This document shows positions 28,696 to 38,709 of a stretch of DNA of 64,000 bases, piece after piece (the stretch's first letter is position 1; the number at the start of each line of letters is the position of its first letter). The DNA comes from a virus, in IMG/VR virus record IMGVR_UViG_3300009550_000008; one strand, 5' to 3'. The notes beneath the pieces were generated by a model that worked only from the letters and a program-made list of their open reading frames with translations, was not told the origin of the DNA and made no database searches. Made by a program: the position numbers and the translations under genes.

Positions 28696-29737
28696 AGATA
28701 GGACTATAGAATATATCGTAAAAGATGCTCTAGCGAGTGAGAAGAAATCAGATATAAGTGGAAGGACAAATCCTGATACATGGCAACTGATGAAAGAAGG
28801 ATATGTTGTTTTAAGGAACTTCATACCTAAAGAACTGATTCAGATTACCATGGACACATGGCAAACGATGGAATTAAACCCTCAGTCATATCCTGAGTTT
28901 GGACATAAAGAAAAAGATATAATAGAGAACTCACCCGAGGATACTTTATTTAAATCAACTGGAATCTACAATGCACCATTTGGTGTTGCATTACATAGAT
29001 GGATATGGGATGAACTGAAACATCATATTGATCTAGAGTTACATGAGACATACTCTTACTCTAGAAAATATGATAGAGGTGCATACCTTAAAGCTCATGC
29101 AGATAGACCATCGTGTGAGATCAGTGGGACATTATGTTTAGATTATAAATCTGATGATAATACACCATGGTCGATATGGGTAGATAATTCTAGTGATTGG
29201 ATAAACAGACCTAGTGAAATATATACTGAAACCCAAGAGATTCCTATAAGATATAGGAAGACTGCAAGGAGAATTGATTTAGAGGTAGGTGATCTACTAT
29301 TATATCAGGGCCCTAATGTTGCACACTGGAGAGAGAAACTCTTAGGAGAATATAGTTACCATATATTTGTACATTTTTATAATGTAAATGGACATACTCA
29401 TATGCTACCTAATTCTGATTCTGCATATGAATCTGTACCACAGAAGTATCAGTATCGACAAGAAGAGTTTAATCCATTGATGTATGATGGTAGAGTGTCA
29501 AGATATCATCCCATTGAGTATGACTCATGGAGAAGAAAGAGTTTTGATACTTTCATGGGTAATTGTTGGCATAGTCAGGATGCTTGGGTAAACCATAACA
29601 AGTCAGATTTTATTAATAATTATGAACCATTTGTACAGATAAAAGACGGAAAGGAAGTAGAAGGAAATAATAATTTTAAACCTAAGAATGCAGAGAGAAT
29701 AGAAGCATTCAAAGTGAAGAGACAGACAAGAAGATGA
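28679..29737 (+). CDS. 2OG-Fe(II) oxygenase
   Basis: LKAHADRPSCEIS..GDLLLYQG..HWRE. Confidence 0.8.
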   Translation: MPVRFEDRTIEYIVKDALASEKKSDISGRTNPDTWQLMKEGYVVLRNFIPKELIQITMDTWQTMELNPQSYPEFGHKEKDIIENSPEDTLFKSTGIYNAPFGVALHRWIWDELKHHIDLELHETYSYSRKYDRGAYLKAHADRPSCEISGTLCLDYKSDDNTPWSIWVDNSSDWINRPSEIYTETQEIPIRYRKTARRIDLEVGDLLLYQGPNVAHWREKLLGEYSYHIFVHFYNVNGHTHMLPNSDSAYESVPQKYQYRQEEFNPLMYDGRVSRYHPIEYDSWRRKSFDTFMGNCWHSQDAWVNHNKSDFINNYEPFVQIKDGKEVEGNNNFKPKNAERIEAFKVKRQTRR

Positions 29738-30831
29738 CAGTATTTAATAGAAAACAAGTAGACTTCACAAAAGAAAAGTTATTCTTTGGTGAGTCATTAA
29801 ACACTCAGAGATTTGATGATTTCAAATATCCTATATTTGATAAACTAACTCAGAAACAATTAGGATTCTTTTGGAGACCCGAAGAGGTATCTCTACAGAA
29901 AGATCGTGCTGACTATCAACAGTTAAACAAAGCACAGAAACATATTTTTACCTCAAATCTGAGGTATCAAACCTTACTTGACTCGGTTCAGGGAAGAGCA
30001 CCATCCATAGCATTTCTACCCTTTGTGTCTCTACCTGAACTTGAGTCTTGTATCATCACTTGGGACTTCATGGAGACCATACACAGTAGGTCTTATACTC
30101 ACATCATAAAGAATGTGTATGCAGACCCAAGTGACATCTTTAATACTATTTTAGATGAGGATGCAATTGTAAAGAGAGCTGAAATGGTGACAGAAAGATA
30201 CGATCATTTCATAGAATTAGGTAGAAAGAAACTATTAGGACTCAAGGTAGATGATTACGAGTTGTATGAAGCATTATACCTTGCAATAATGTCAGTGAAT
30301 ATACTAGAAGGACTTAGATTCTTTGTATCGTTTGCATGTAGTTTTGCATTTGGTGAGTTGAAACTGATGGAAGGTTCTGCAAAGATACTCTCGCTGATTG
30401 CAAGAGACGAAGCTCAACATCTTGCAATCTCACAGCACATTCTGAAATGTTACAAACAACATGAGAATGATAAGATCATGAACAAGGTAATGAAAAACAA
30501 TGTAGATACTGTATACAAAATGTATGAGGATGCAGTAAACCAAGAGAAAGAATGGGCAGAATTCCTATTCAAAGATGGTTCGATGATTGGTTTATCTGTA
30601 CCACTACTGAGTAACTATATTGAATTCATTGCAAACAAGAGATTACGAATGATTGGGTTTGACCCGATCTATGATATATCGAGTGCCAATAATCCATTAC
30701 CATGGACTAAACATTGGTTTAATTCGAGAGGTCTACAGAATGCACCACAGGAGACCGAGATAGAGTCGTATGTTATTGGTGGAATTAAACAAGATGTCAC
30801 AGATGACACATTTACGGACTTTAAATTATGA
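29734..30831 (+). CDS. nrdB: Ribonucleotide reductase class Ia beta subunit
   Basis: FFWRPEE, ETIHSRSY, LEGLRF, RDEAQH, APQETE. Confidence 0.98.
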   Translation: MTVFNRKQVDFTKEKLFFGESLNTQRFDDFKYPIFDKLTQKQLGFFWRPEEVSLQKDRADYQQLNKAQKHIFTSNLRYQTLLDSVQGRAPSIAFLPFVSLPELESCIITWDFMETIHSRSYTHIIKNVYADPSDIFNTILDEDAIVKRAEMVTERYDHFIELGRKKLLGLKVDDYELYEALYLAIMSVNILEGLRFFVSFACSFAFGELKLMEGSAKILSLIARDEAQHLAISQHILKCYKQHENDKIMNKVMKNNVDTVYKMYEDAVNQEKEWAEFLFKDGSMIGLSVPLLSNYIEFIANKRLRMIGFDPIYDISSANNPLPWTKHWFNSRGLQNAPQETEIESYVIGGIKQDVTDDTFTDFKL

Positions 30832-31097
30832 TGAAAAAATGGTATCACATATTATGGGGAAGCAAAGAGGAAGACGAACTTGTAAAAAGAGTTAAGGATG
30901 TAGAAGCACAACTACATGGGATGGGAGACATCAACGATGAACCATCACAACGACCTGATGCTGACCCTGATGATTTAACAGTAGAAAATGCATACAAAAC
31001 TAGATGGATTTGGTATCACACCATATTAGGAATACTAATGTTGATGGCAAACTTTATCATGTTAGCTATTTTCACACTACTTGCAATCAAACTATGA
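30828..31097 (+). CDS. Small membrane protein
   Basis: C-terminal TM helix. Confidence 0.55.
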   Translation: MMKKWYHILWGSKEEDELVKRVKDVEAQLHGMGDINDEPSQRPDADPDDLTVENAYKTRWIWYHTILGILMLMANFIMLAIFTLLAIKL

Positions 31098-31273
31098 AGG
31101 AAGCAACAGAAAAGAAATTACTACAAGCAGCTAATCTTTCACCAAGTGAAGAGTGGATAGAAAGAATAGTTGAAGTACACCCAATGAAACAGGTTGCAGT
31201 TATGTCAGTTGTACAGATAGTTGTACTGATGGGGATGGGTGTTTGTATGTACATAATAGGGAGGATATTTTGA
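31094..31273 (+). CDS. Small membrane protein
   Basis: C-terminal TM helix. Confidence 0.55.
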   Translation: MKEATEKKLLQAANLSPSEEWIERIVEVHPMKQVAVMSVVQIVVLMGMGVCMYIIGRIF

Positions 31274-31536
31274 TAGAGATATACGGAAAACCACAATGTC
31301 CATTTTGTGATAAAGCAAAAGCATTATGTGAACAAAAAGGATATGAATATACCTATAAACAATTAGGTGTAGATTTTACTAGGGAAGAACTCTTTGAACA
31401 GTTTCCAACTGCACGAACATTTCCACAAATTAGATTATTGGAATCAAGTAATACTTGGACATACATTGGAGGATTCACAGAACTAGATGCATGGAGTAGT
31501 ATCAGTGGGAGACACCTCGTCAATGAAAAGCTTTAA
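31270..31536 (+). CDS. Glutaredoxin (NrdC-like)
   Basis: CPFC, ARTFPQI, YIGGFTEL; TTG start after GGAGG. Confidence 0.92.
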   Translation: MIEIYGKPQCPFCDKAKALCEQKGYEYTYKQLGVDFTREELFEQFPTARTFPQIRLLESSNTWTYIGGFTELDAWSSISGRHLVNEKL

Positions 31537-31765
31537 ATTATACCTACCAAAGAAGAGATATCAAGAGGTTGACAGTATGAGACTGCAACATATCTTCAAT
31601 AGTATTGATAATACAGAGAACGAAGTCCGTGTCTATATAGAAGGTCAAGACTTTTTCGAGTCGGATGCACCTCATCCATTACCATATGCAACTTTAGATG
31701 GTAAAAAGAAGTCTTATGAGAACCTTTATACAGAAGCCATAGGAGAAAAGATTCATCATGACTGA
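31523..31765 (+). CDS. Hypothetical protein
   Basis: ORF in operon. Confidence 0.5.
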   Translation: MKSFKLYLPKKRYQEVDSMRLQHIFNSIDNTENEVRVYIEGQDFFESDAPHPLPYATLDGKKKSYENLYTEAIGEKIHHD

Positions 31766-31937
31766 GAATCAAACCAAGATATTTAAGTGTTATTGTCAAG
31801 AATGTAAATCCGAATGTGAAGTCGAGCATGAAATGGATGCACACCACTATCCAGTGTGTCATTGTCCGTTTTGTGGATGTGAGGTCGATGAAGATCAGAT
31901 TGAAGAACTAGAATATGAAGATGGAGATATACTGTAA
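31758..31937 (+). CDS. Small zinc-ribbon protein (59 aa, not in ORF track)
   Basis: CQEC..CPFCG followed by an acidic tail. Confidence 0.65.
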   Translation: MTENQTKIFKCYCQECKSECEVEHEMDAHHYPVCHCPFCGCEVDEDQIEELEYEDGDIL

Positions 31938-32223
31938 ACAAAAGAACTTATTAGACCTTGCAATTAGTCATGCTAAGGCACTTAGCGTCGATTCTAAGGA
32001 CGCTATAGTAACTATTAAACGATTACCACCACAATTCTCTCAGAAGGGTCTTATAGAGTACCCTAGAACCCTCGGAAAAAGAACTTATATCGATATATTC
32101 ATCAAAATGGATGAAGAAAAAGAGATCACACTTGCACATGAAATGATGCATGTCAAACAGGTGTTAATTGACGGCGTAATCGATGAAAATGAGGCATATT
32201 TGTACGAAAAAACGGCCATTTAG
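31915..32223 (+). CDS. Putative zincin-like metallopeptidase
   Basis: TLAHEMMH..ENEA. Confidence 0.65.
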   Translation: MKMEIYCKQKNLLDLAISHAKALSVDSKDAIVTIKRLPPQFSQKGLIEYPRTLGKRTYIDIFIKMDEEKEITLAHEMMHVKQVLIDGVIDENEAYLYEKTAI

Positions 32224-32256
32224 GCCTTGACAATGGGCCGGGCTTTGTACTATAAT
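32224..32256 (+). promoter_or_regulatory. Early sigma70-type promoter (GGCCTTGACAATG class)
   Basis: TTGACA 32227-32232, 18 nt, TATAAT 32251-32256. Confidence 0.8.
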
Positions 32257-32262
32257 GTATAC

Positions 32263-32775
32263 ATGATTGAGAAAAAGCAAACGGTAAAAAGAATCTTCGT
32301 TGATATGGACGGAGTTGTTGCAGACTTCCTGACTGGGTGTTCTGCAATGATGGGTAAACCCCTTACTTCTGATGATGCTGGTCATACTGAGTATGATAAC
32401 AGAAAAGAAGAATTAACTAACAAAAGATTATTTGGTATGTTACCACCTATGGTTGACTATGCAGACTTGATTGGATATATCAAGCACACTGGTCTTCCTT
32501 GGGAAATACTAACAGCTGCTGGTACTATCAACAGAGAGTTAGTAGTTTATGATAAAAACAAGTGGGTTAGAAAGTATATTGACCCTAGTGTGGTTATCAC
32601 TTGTACTTTCAGTGGAACTCAGAAAGCTGCATTTGCAAAGAAAGGTAGTGTTCTGATCGATGATAGACCAAAGAACATAAAAGCATGGGAAGATGCTGGT
32701 GGTATTGGTATCGTCCACGAAAGTGCTGAAAAAACAATTTTAAAGTTAAAGGAGTTAAGAAATGGTGGAAGTTAA
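32263..32775 (+). CDS. HAD 5'(3')-deoxyribonucleotidase
   Basis: DMDGVVADF, LIDDRPKNI..W..AGGIGI. Confidence 0.88.
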   Translation: MIEKKQTVKRIFVDMDGVVADFLTGCSAMMGKPLTSDDAGHTEYDNRKEELTNKRLFGMLPPMVDYADLIGYIKHTGLPWEILTAAGTINRELVVYDKNKWVRKYIDPSVVITCTFSGTQKAAFAKKGSVLIDDRPKNIKAWEDAGGIGIVHESAEKTILKLKELRNGGS

Positions 32776-32968
32776 AAGAGTAAGTCCTCTTTCAGGTCAA
32801 ACCAACAGTATGTATCTTGATATATCTGCAGAGCAGATCGAAGAGTGGAACAAACCACCTTCACAACGAAGATATATCCAAGAGATATTTCCTAATTTAA
32901 CTCAAGATGAGCGTGAGTTCATCATGACAGGTTACACAGTTGCCGATTGGAAGGCAATGCTAGTTTAA
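32762..32968 (+). CDS. Conserved hypothetical protein
   Basis: IQEIFPNLTQDEREFIMTG. Confidence 0.65.
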   Translation: MVEVKRVSPLSGQTNSMYLDISAEQIEEWNKPPSQRRYIQEIFPNLTQDEREFIMTGYTVADWKAMLV

Positions 32969-32985
32969 GTCAAGAGTAAATGGTC

Positions 32986-33170
32986 TATGTGGTTCCCGAG
33001 ACGAGTATAAGAGTGGGGATTCGGAAACCCACCCCCATAGATTCCCCAAGGTTCACTACCTTGCTTGAAAGATAGAGAGAAAAACCTATTAGTGATAGGT
33101 GACTTAGGGACTCAAGACTAGAAACCCCTCGACACTGCTGAAGAGTATTGAATGAAGAGGGGTTTTGTTT
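32986..33170 (+). ncRNA. Candidate structured intergenic RNA ending in a terminator-like stem
   Basis: GTGGG/CCCAC, CAAGGT/ACCTTG, ACCTAT/ATAGGT, CTTGA/TCAAG, AAACCCCTC/GAGGGGTTT. Confidence 0.45.
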
Positions 33171-33185
33171 CACCTATATATTACT

Positions 33186-33479
33186 ATGTTAAATAAACTC
33201 AAGAATATCCTTATCTCCATATTCTTATGGAGTGTAAAAGTAACCAAGGCAATCGGTCTTGAGATACAATCATGGTTTATTACACGGTATAAGGTCACTG
33301 TATCATTCAATAAAGAATGGGGCGATGCAGATGATCGATCATACATAACAAAAAAGATCATTACTCAGAAAGAAAGGCACTTGAAATTTCGGGATGAGAA
33401 TGGTAAAATAGTAGAGTATCGAAGTGCAGCTGGACTGAACTATATAATCGAAGACTACGAGTACGGAGAAGAAGAATAA
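33186..33479 (+). CDS. Hypothetical protein
   Basis: ORF upstream of the spanin pair. Confidence 0.55.
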   Translation: MLNKLKNILISIFLWSVKVTKAIGLEIQSWFITRYKVTVSFNKEWGDADDRSYITKKIITQKERHLKFRDENGKIVEYRSAAGLNYIIEDYEYGEEE

Positions 33480-33862
33480 TGCAACAGATGTTAATCACAT
33501 TAATACTTGTTCTTGGTGTAGGTTCTTATTACCTATACAATCAGAATGTTACTCTCAAAGAGAATAACACCAAATTAGAATATGCAATTGCTGAACAACA
33601 GTCAGCGATGGAAGCACTAAGAGAATCATATGAATTACAAGGTAAATCTTTGTTGAATATGAGTAGAAGGAATGCAGAGATAGAACAGGAGAAAGCTGAA
33701 TATCTTGCAATCTTTAGTAGACACAATTTAGATTTACTTGCATTGAAGAAGCCTGGCATGATAGAACTCAGGTTTAACAATGGAAGTGAAGATGTAATGG
33801 AGACAATGGAAGATGAAACAGAAGACCTTTATAAGCTTACTGTCCCTGACACTACTGATTAG
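33479..33862 (+). CDS. Putative inner-membrane spanin (Rz-like)
   Basis: N-terminal TM, coiled coil, LALKKPGMIE; overlaps a lipoprotein gene. Confidence 0.7.
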   Translation: MQQMLITLILVLGVGSYYLYNQNVTLKENNTKLEYAIAEQQSAMEALRESYELQGKSLLNMSRRNAEIEQEKAEYLAIFSRHNLDLLALKKPGMIELRFNNGSEDVMETMEDETEDLYKLTVPDTTD

Positions 33863-34361
33863 TGGTTGTTCTCTTCTCCCTGAGAAGAAGATACAGATAA
33901 ACTCTACTCCAATAGAGATAGAGATTTTGCAACCTGATTTACCACGACCAGTACAATTGACAGCACCTAAATGGTTTGTAGTATCAGAGGCAAAGATTGT
34001 TAATCCATGTAAGAGAAGTATTCCATTCGACCCACCTAAGTTTAATGATGAGGGTGTGGAAGAACTTAAAAGACCTAAGACATGTGAACTATCAGAAAGG
34101 GACAATCCTGATTGGCCTGTGGGTTACACATATCTAGATCGATTCCTAGACGAAATGAAGCGTCAGAATAACGGTGAAGTGTTATTCGTTGCAACCACTA
34201 TCGGTGACTACAAAGTCATGGCAGAGGATATGCAAGAACTAAGACGATACATCAATCAACTTGGAGAAGTTATTATATATTATAGAAATGTTACAATCAA
34301 GGGTGAACCCGCGGTTGGAGCTGCAGTGACGAAGAATGAGACCTCCAAAGATAAAGAATAA
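33813..34361 (+). CDS. Putative outer-membrane spanin lipoprotein (Rz1-like)
   Basis: Lipobox LISGC; Pro-rich; ELRRYI..IIYY. Confidence 0.7.
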   Translation: MKQKTFISLLSLTLLISGCSLLPEKKIQINSTPIEIEILQPDLPRPVQLTAPKWFVVSEAKIVNPCKRSIPFDPPKFNDEGVEELKRPKTCELSERDNPDWPVGYTYLDRFLDEMKRQNNGEVLFVATTIGDYKVMAEDMQELRRYINQLGEVIIYYRNVTIKGEPAVGAAVTKNETSKDKE

Positions 34362-35082
34362 TCAATTAGAATTTGCACCATACAATAATACTGTATATCA
34401 AATCTTCCCAACACCTTTTCTAAGAGGTGAATTAAGACTACCTCATCAACAGGTAGCAAAAGATTGTGAGTTCCTTATAGGTGAGATCAAGAAGTTTGAT
34501 GATGACCCTAAAAGATATTACACCACATATTTCCATGAAAATGTAAGAGAAATGATGCGTAATACAGAGTGGTACACATCGTTTGCAAATCAGATCAAGG
34601 ACACCTACATCGATTTCATAAGACAGAGTTTTGATATGAGAGTCGATCATCTATCTCGTAATGATATACATCTATTTGCATGGGTAAGTGTTTGGGAAGA
34701 AGGTATTACACATACCTATCACAATCATCAAGACTGCTTAATCAGTGGTACATACTATCCAGTAAACGAAGGTGGTCAATCAATCAAATTCTTAAGTCCT
34801 AATGTACATGCACAACATCCTTATGGTGGTCAGAGAATACAGGACTACAAATTAGATATGCCTAATACCAAAGGGATTGGTTCAGGACATAGTCACATTG
34901 AAATGGAGATCAACCCGACATGTGGAGAATCCATGATGTGGCCATCAACACTATTACATACAGTATCAGAACAACAAGGTGAATATAGACGAGTTGCAAT
35001 ATCATTTAACTTAAAACATAACGACCCTCTAACACATACAGAGGACGGAGAGGATTTATCATATGAATTTCTACAGTATTGA
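34336..35082 (+). CDS. 2OG-Fe(II) oxygenase-like protein
   Basis: HNHQDCLISGTYY..WPSTLLHTV..RVAISFN. Confidence 0.8.
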   Translation: MRPPKIKNNQLEFAPYNNTVYQIFPTPFLRGELRLPHQQVAKDCEFLIGEIKKFDDDPKRYYTTYFHENVREMMRNTEWYTSFANQIKDTYIDFIRQSFDMRVDHLSRNDIHLFAWVSVWEEGITHTYHNHQDCLISGTYYPVNEGGQSIKFLSPNVHAQHPYGGQRIQDYKLDMPNTKGIGSGHSHIEMEINPTCGESMMWPSTLLHTVSEQQGEYRRVAISFNLKHNDPLTHTEDGEDLSYEFLQY

Positions 35083-35746
35083 TACGCTATTCAAGCAATC
35101 AGCTGAATGGGATGTTACTTGGGATGATGATCTACAATGTTTCATGATAGATAATTACTACGAAGACCCCGAGGGTGTTTTCAATCATCTTGAGAAGAGA
35201 GATATACCATTATGGAAGTATAACGAAGAACGAGAAACCCCTAATGGACGCGATTACATTGATGCAAGGGTAGTAGATAAGGTAGGCCACCCTACTAGAA
35301 TATGGTGGAACTCTATGGAAAGAGTATTAGATATATGTAGAATCAAATGGCATAAGGGTGATTACACTTGGAGAGACGATATCGAAGTGAACTGTTTTAA
35401 GACTAAGACAATCTTTGATAACAAATTACAACACTACCCACATATCGATGGGAACTTTGATGACCCTGATAACGAAGCAGTTATCAATATGCTGGTCTAT
35501 CTAGATAAACAAGAGGATGGTGGAACTGCAGTATACGAACAATGCTGGACTCCTAACATGGAACACGAAGGTCTGATTCAACCAGTAGAAGAAATGATGG
35601 ACTTAAAACATGTTATACCAGCTAAATATAATAGATGTGTATTGTTCCTAGGAAACAAAATGCATGGTGCATATATAAAAGACTATAAACAATATGAACA
35701 CAGCTGGAGATACTCTCAAGTAATGTTCTTTCACCCTAAAAGATAA
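35063..35746 (+). CDS. 2OG-Fe(II) oxygenase-like protein
   Basis: IDNYYEDP; PHID; GGTAVY; YNRCVLF..HGA; WRYSQVMF. Confidence 0.75.
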   Translation: MNFYSIDTLFKQSAEWDVTWDDDLQCFMIDNYYEDPEGVFNHLEKRDIPLWKYNEERETPNGRDYIDARVVDKVGHPTRIWWNSMERVLDICRIKWHKGDYTWRDDIEVNCFKTKTIFDNKLQHYPHIDGNFDDPDNEAVINMLVYLDKQEDGGTAVYEQCWTPNMEHEGLIQPVEEMMDLKHVIPAKYNRCVLFLGNKMHGAYIKDYKQYEHSWRYSQVMFFHPKR

Positions 35747-36351
35747 TGCCAAAGCAAAGAGTACAAGTAATACACAATGATACTGATGCACCAAAGAAAG
35801 CTGGTGATGGTAACTTTTTGATTGTTCATGATGAGGCAGTCAATCCAGCCATGTGTGCAGAGATCATAGAAAGGTTTGAAGAGATACCACTTGTCGAAGT
35901 AGAAGCTCACGGTGGTAATAAGTTCTTACCAGTAGATGAGTCATATCATGGTGTAACACATAGATATGAATCTCAAGGTAGAATACACGGTAACATATTT
36001 CCAGGCCATCTCTTTAATGACATATTTGATATGGTAGGATTTGCATTACCAAAGGGTATGGAGTTTGGTGAAGTTAATTATGTACAGATTATAAAGTATC
36101 CCGAAGGTTCATTCTTTCCATGGCATAAAGATGTCGCAGATGATCGTGATACGGGAACAGCAATATTAATGTTAAATGACAACTTTGTAGGTGGTCAATT
36201 AAATGTAGCTGGTCATAGGTTCTTGACCAAGCAGGGAACTATCATAGGATTTAACAATCCTACTAAAGTTTTCCATAATGTAGAACCAATATATAAGGGG
36301 AGTCGATACTGTTTAGCAATATGGTTCGGTCTCGCATTAGAAGAAGAATAA
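35746..36351 (+). CDS. Prolyl-4-hydroxylase-like 2OG-Fe(II) oxygenase
   Basis: WHKD, LNDNFVGG, HNVEPI..GSRYCL. Confidence 0.85.
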   Translation: MPKQRVQVIHNDTDAPKKAGDGNFLIVHDEAVNPAMCAEIIERFEEIPLVEVEAHGGNKFLPVDESYHGVTHRYESQGRIHGNIFPGHLFNDIFDMVGFALPKGMEFGEVNYVQIIKYPEGSFFPWHKDVADDRDTGTAILMLNDNFVGGQLNVAGHRFLTKQGTIIGFNNPTKVFHNVEPIYKGSRYCLAIWFGLALEEE

Positions 36352-36363
36352 CCAAGAGGAAAA

Positions 36364-36588
36364 GTGCCAGTAAAATTCGGAAAAACATCAACTAACTACA
36401 ATCGTGCAACAGGGAAAACAACTTTGGTGCATGACTATATGAAGTGTAAATCGAATTCGGAACTGATAGAGGCATATAATAAAGATGGTATCAAACCAAA
36501 ACTCAAACAGAAAGTCAAGAATGAAATTGTTCGAAGAAATAAGTTGGGAATTGCAAGGGTAGTCTTTAATGCTATTCCATCAGAGTAA
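36364..36588 (+). CDS. Small basic hypothetical protein
   Basis: GTG start after GAGGA. Confidence 0.55.
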   Translation: MPVKFGKTSTNYNRATGKTTLVHDYMKCKSNSELIEAYNKDGIKPKLKQKVKNEIVRRNKLGIARVVFNAIPSE

Positions 36589-37189
36589 AATCGGATTTGT
36601 ACATGTACCACGAACAGGTGGTACGAGTGTAGAACACGCCCTCATGAAAAAGTATCCTCAAGTGGTACAACTTCATGCAAATAAGTTCTATGATAGACCA
36701 ATTATAAAAGTTATATCAGTACATACACTGAAACTGCCAGGCGGTGAGTTGGAATATCAAAAGAAACATGCAACACACGATGAGTTATGGGAAGTAGCAA
36801 AGAACTATAAGTTCTATGCAACTGTAAGACATCCCTTGAGACGATTAGAGTCGATGTATAGACTACTGACATTTTCTCAAACAGATGGAGTCCCTTGGAC
36901 AACATTAGAGTTTAATGAATGGGTATATAATCTAGTAGAGAATTATACCATGATGGAAGAACAGGACATATTAGATAGTTCTATGTTCCATCTAACACAA
37001 TCTGCAATGATAGGTAATGCAGAATGGCATAAGACAGAGGAAGGTACTATATGGGAAGCACTCGATATAGAACCAAGACATGATTATAAATTGTCTGACC
37101 AACCTATCGATTGCAATTGGAGTAGTGAATCACTGCAAATGATAAGGAATTATTATGCAGAAGATTTTGAAAGATTTAGTTATAGATAA
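36569..37189 (+). CDS. Sulfotransferase family protein
   Basis: FVHVPRTGGTS 5'-PAPS motif; VRHPLRRLES; YAEDFERFSY. Confidence 0.8.
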   Translation: MLFHQSKIGFVHVPRTGGTSVEHALMKKYPQVVQLHANKFYDRPIIKVISVHTLKLPGGELEYQKKHATHDELWEVAKNYKFYATVRHPLRRLESMYRLLTFSQTDGVPWTTLEFNEWVYNLVENYTMMEEQDILDSSMFHLTQSAMIGNAEWHKTEEGTIWEALDIEPRHDYKLSDQPIDCNWSSESLQMIRNYYAEDFERFSYR

Positions 37190-37190
37190 T

Positions 37191-37266
37191 GGGGCGGTAG
37201 CTCAGTAGGGAGAGCGACTGGTTTGCATCCAGTAGGTCGTAGGTTCGATTCCTATTCGCTCCACCA
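37191..37266 (+). tRNA. tRNA-Ala(UGC)
   Basis: Cloverleaf: GGGGCGG/TCGCTCC acceptor with G3-U70, ACTGG/CCAGT anticodon stem with loop TT-TGC-AT, TTCGATT T-loop, encoded CCA. Confidence 0.97.
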
Positions 37267-37279
37267 TCATCGAGAACAT

Positions 37280-37885
37280 ATGGAAAAGAGAACAGTTAAA
37301 CAGGAAGATACAAGAGAAGTACATGATCTAGGAGAACATATTATCTTATTTGATAATTACTTCTCAAATGAATTTTGTGAGGACTGTATTACGATCTTTG
37401 AAGAAGCAGAAGCATCAGGATTAGTAGTAGGTAGACAGAATAGTGGTCTATCGATCAAAGATCAAGCTCTTATTCATACTCAAATACCAGCGAGTTCATT
37501 ACCACTTGCAAAACATCTAGTCGATATAATCAACTACGATATAATACCTGAGTTTCTCAAGAAATATGATATTGCATCACAATATGATTGCATCAATGTA
37601 GGTGGTGCAAAGATACAAAAGACATTACCAACAGAGGGATATCATGTCTGGCATATGGAACATTCCAATCAGATGGATAGTTATAGATCAATATGTGCAT
37701 GGGCATTGTTTTTAAATGATGTAGAAGAAGGTGGTGAACTAGAATTCCTATATCAATCTAAGAGAATAAAACCAAAGAAAGGAGATTTTGTATTGTGGCC
37801 TGCTGGATATACCCATCACCATAGAGGTAATCCACCACTAAAAGGAGTCAAATACATATACACAGGATGGCTAGATACTTTATAA
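37280..37885 (+). CDS. 2OG-Fe(II) oxygenase
   Basis: GYHVWHME, LNDVEEGGE.EF, WPAGYTHHHRGNPP; start placed after the tRNA. Confidence 0.88.
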   Translation: MEKRTVKQEDTREVHDLGEHIILFDNYFSNEFCEDCITIFEEAEASGLVVGRQNSGLSIKDQALIHTQIPASSLPLAKHLVDIINYDIIPEFLKKYDIASQYDCINVGGAKIQKTLPTEGYHVWHMEHSNQMDSYRSICAWALFLNDVEEGGELEFLYQSKRIKPKKGDFVLWPAGYTHHHRGNPPLKGVKYIYTGWLDTL

Positions 37886-38403
37886 GAAAAATATTAGATA
37901 GAGATATCGACACTCTCATTCGATACGAACAGAGAGAGGCAAGAGGTACAGATATCACACTATCTGCAAAGAACAGAGAACAATGGCAACATTGTATAGA
38001 CACATATGAATATCCTATTGCATTGATCGACAGTGAGTCTGATCTATTGTGGGGATGGTTACTTGCATGTCAGGTAGAAAATAACATATGGATAAGACAA
38101 ATATTCATACTCAAAGAATATCGTGCATCACTGGCTGCAGATAATCCTGAAAGAATGGAATATGCAGAAGGATTTGGTGCTGAATATGATACTGATGAGT
38201 CAAAGACAAAAAGACCAATACCATATATCATGGCAGAAGCAGAGAGACTCGGTGGTTATGCAATATCACCTATTGCAGCTGATAACCATGTAGCAATACA
38301 ACACCTTACATATAGAAAATGGTCTACAGAAGGTAAACAATGGTTATACCCTGAATGGTATAATGGTGAGACCATGAGAATAATACTTTGGAATGATGTA
38401 TAG
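37867..38403 (+). CDS. Hypothetical protein, possibly GNAT-fold
   Basis: IWIRQIFILKEYR resembles GNAT motif A; weak. Confidence 0.45.
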   Translation: MARYFIRKILDRDIDTLIRYEQREARGTDITLSAKNREQWQHCIDTYEYPIALIDSESDLLWGWLLACQVENNIWIRQIFILKEYRASLAADNPERMEYAEGFGAEYDTDESKTKRPIPYIMAEAERLGGYAISPIAADNHVAIQHLTYRKWSTEGKQWLYPEWYNGETMRIILWNDV

Positions 38404-38620
38404 TTTTGAAGAAGTAAAAAAACTCTTGTTGAGACAAGAGAAATATATAACATATAAGTCGCTGACCAGCGACAAAGAACACACTAGATTAGTAACAATA
38501 CCGAAGGACTTTCAAAAAGACTCGGACAAGATAGTAGTATGGGATATGAATTTATCATCATGGCACGATGTGCAGATAAACACCATAGTATCTATTGTAG
38601 AGCCAGTTTCTGATGTATAA
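38393..38620 (+). CDS. Small WYL/SH3-like protein
   Basis: VVWDMNLSSWHDVQINTI. Confidence 0.5.
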   Translation: MMYSFEEVKKLLLRQEKYITYKSLTSDKEHTRLVTIPKDFQKDSDKIVVWDMNLSSWHDVQINTIVSIVEPVSDV

Positions 38621-38705
38621 ATACTAATGTGACAATTATGTGACAAGAACGAGTAGGGAAACCGAAGGTCAGTCACGGATAGTTACAACACATAATGGAG
38701 GAGAT
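38616..38705 (+). promoter_or_regulatory. Late promoter followed by a structured leader with an E-loop/GNRA hairpin
   Basis: TATAAATA 38616-38623; GTGAC/GTCAC stem enclosing AGTA-GG-GAAA-CC-GAA; TTATGTG/CACATAA. Confidence 0.5.
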
Positions 38706-38709
38706 AACA

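Noticed and set aside
5674-30831. Introns or inteins in gp43, gp41, nrdA and nrdB
   Set aside because: All are continuous ORFs of normal length
33121-33150. Hammerhead ribozyme suggested by GAAA and CTGAAGAG
   Set aside because: Stem II and the cleavage-site geometry cannot be formed; the GAAA belongs to a terminator-like stem
37223-37279. N-terminal extension of the ORF-track protein 37223..37885
   Set aside because: It overlaps the tRNA-Ala gene; ATG 37280 is the plausible start
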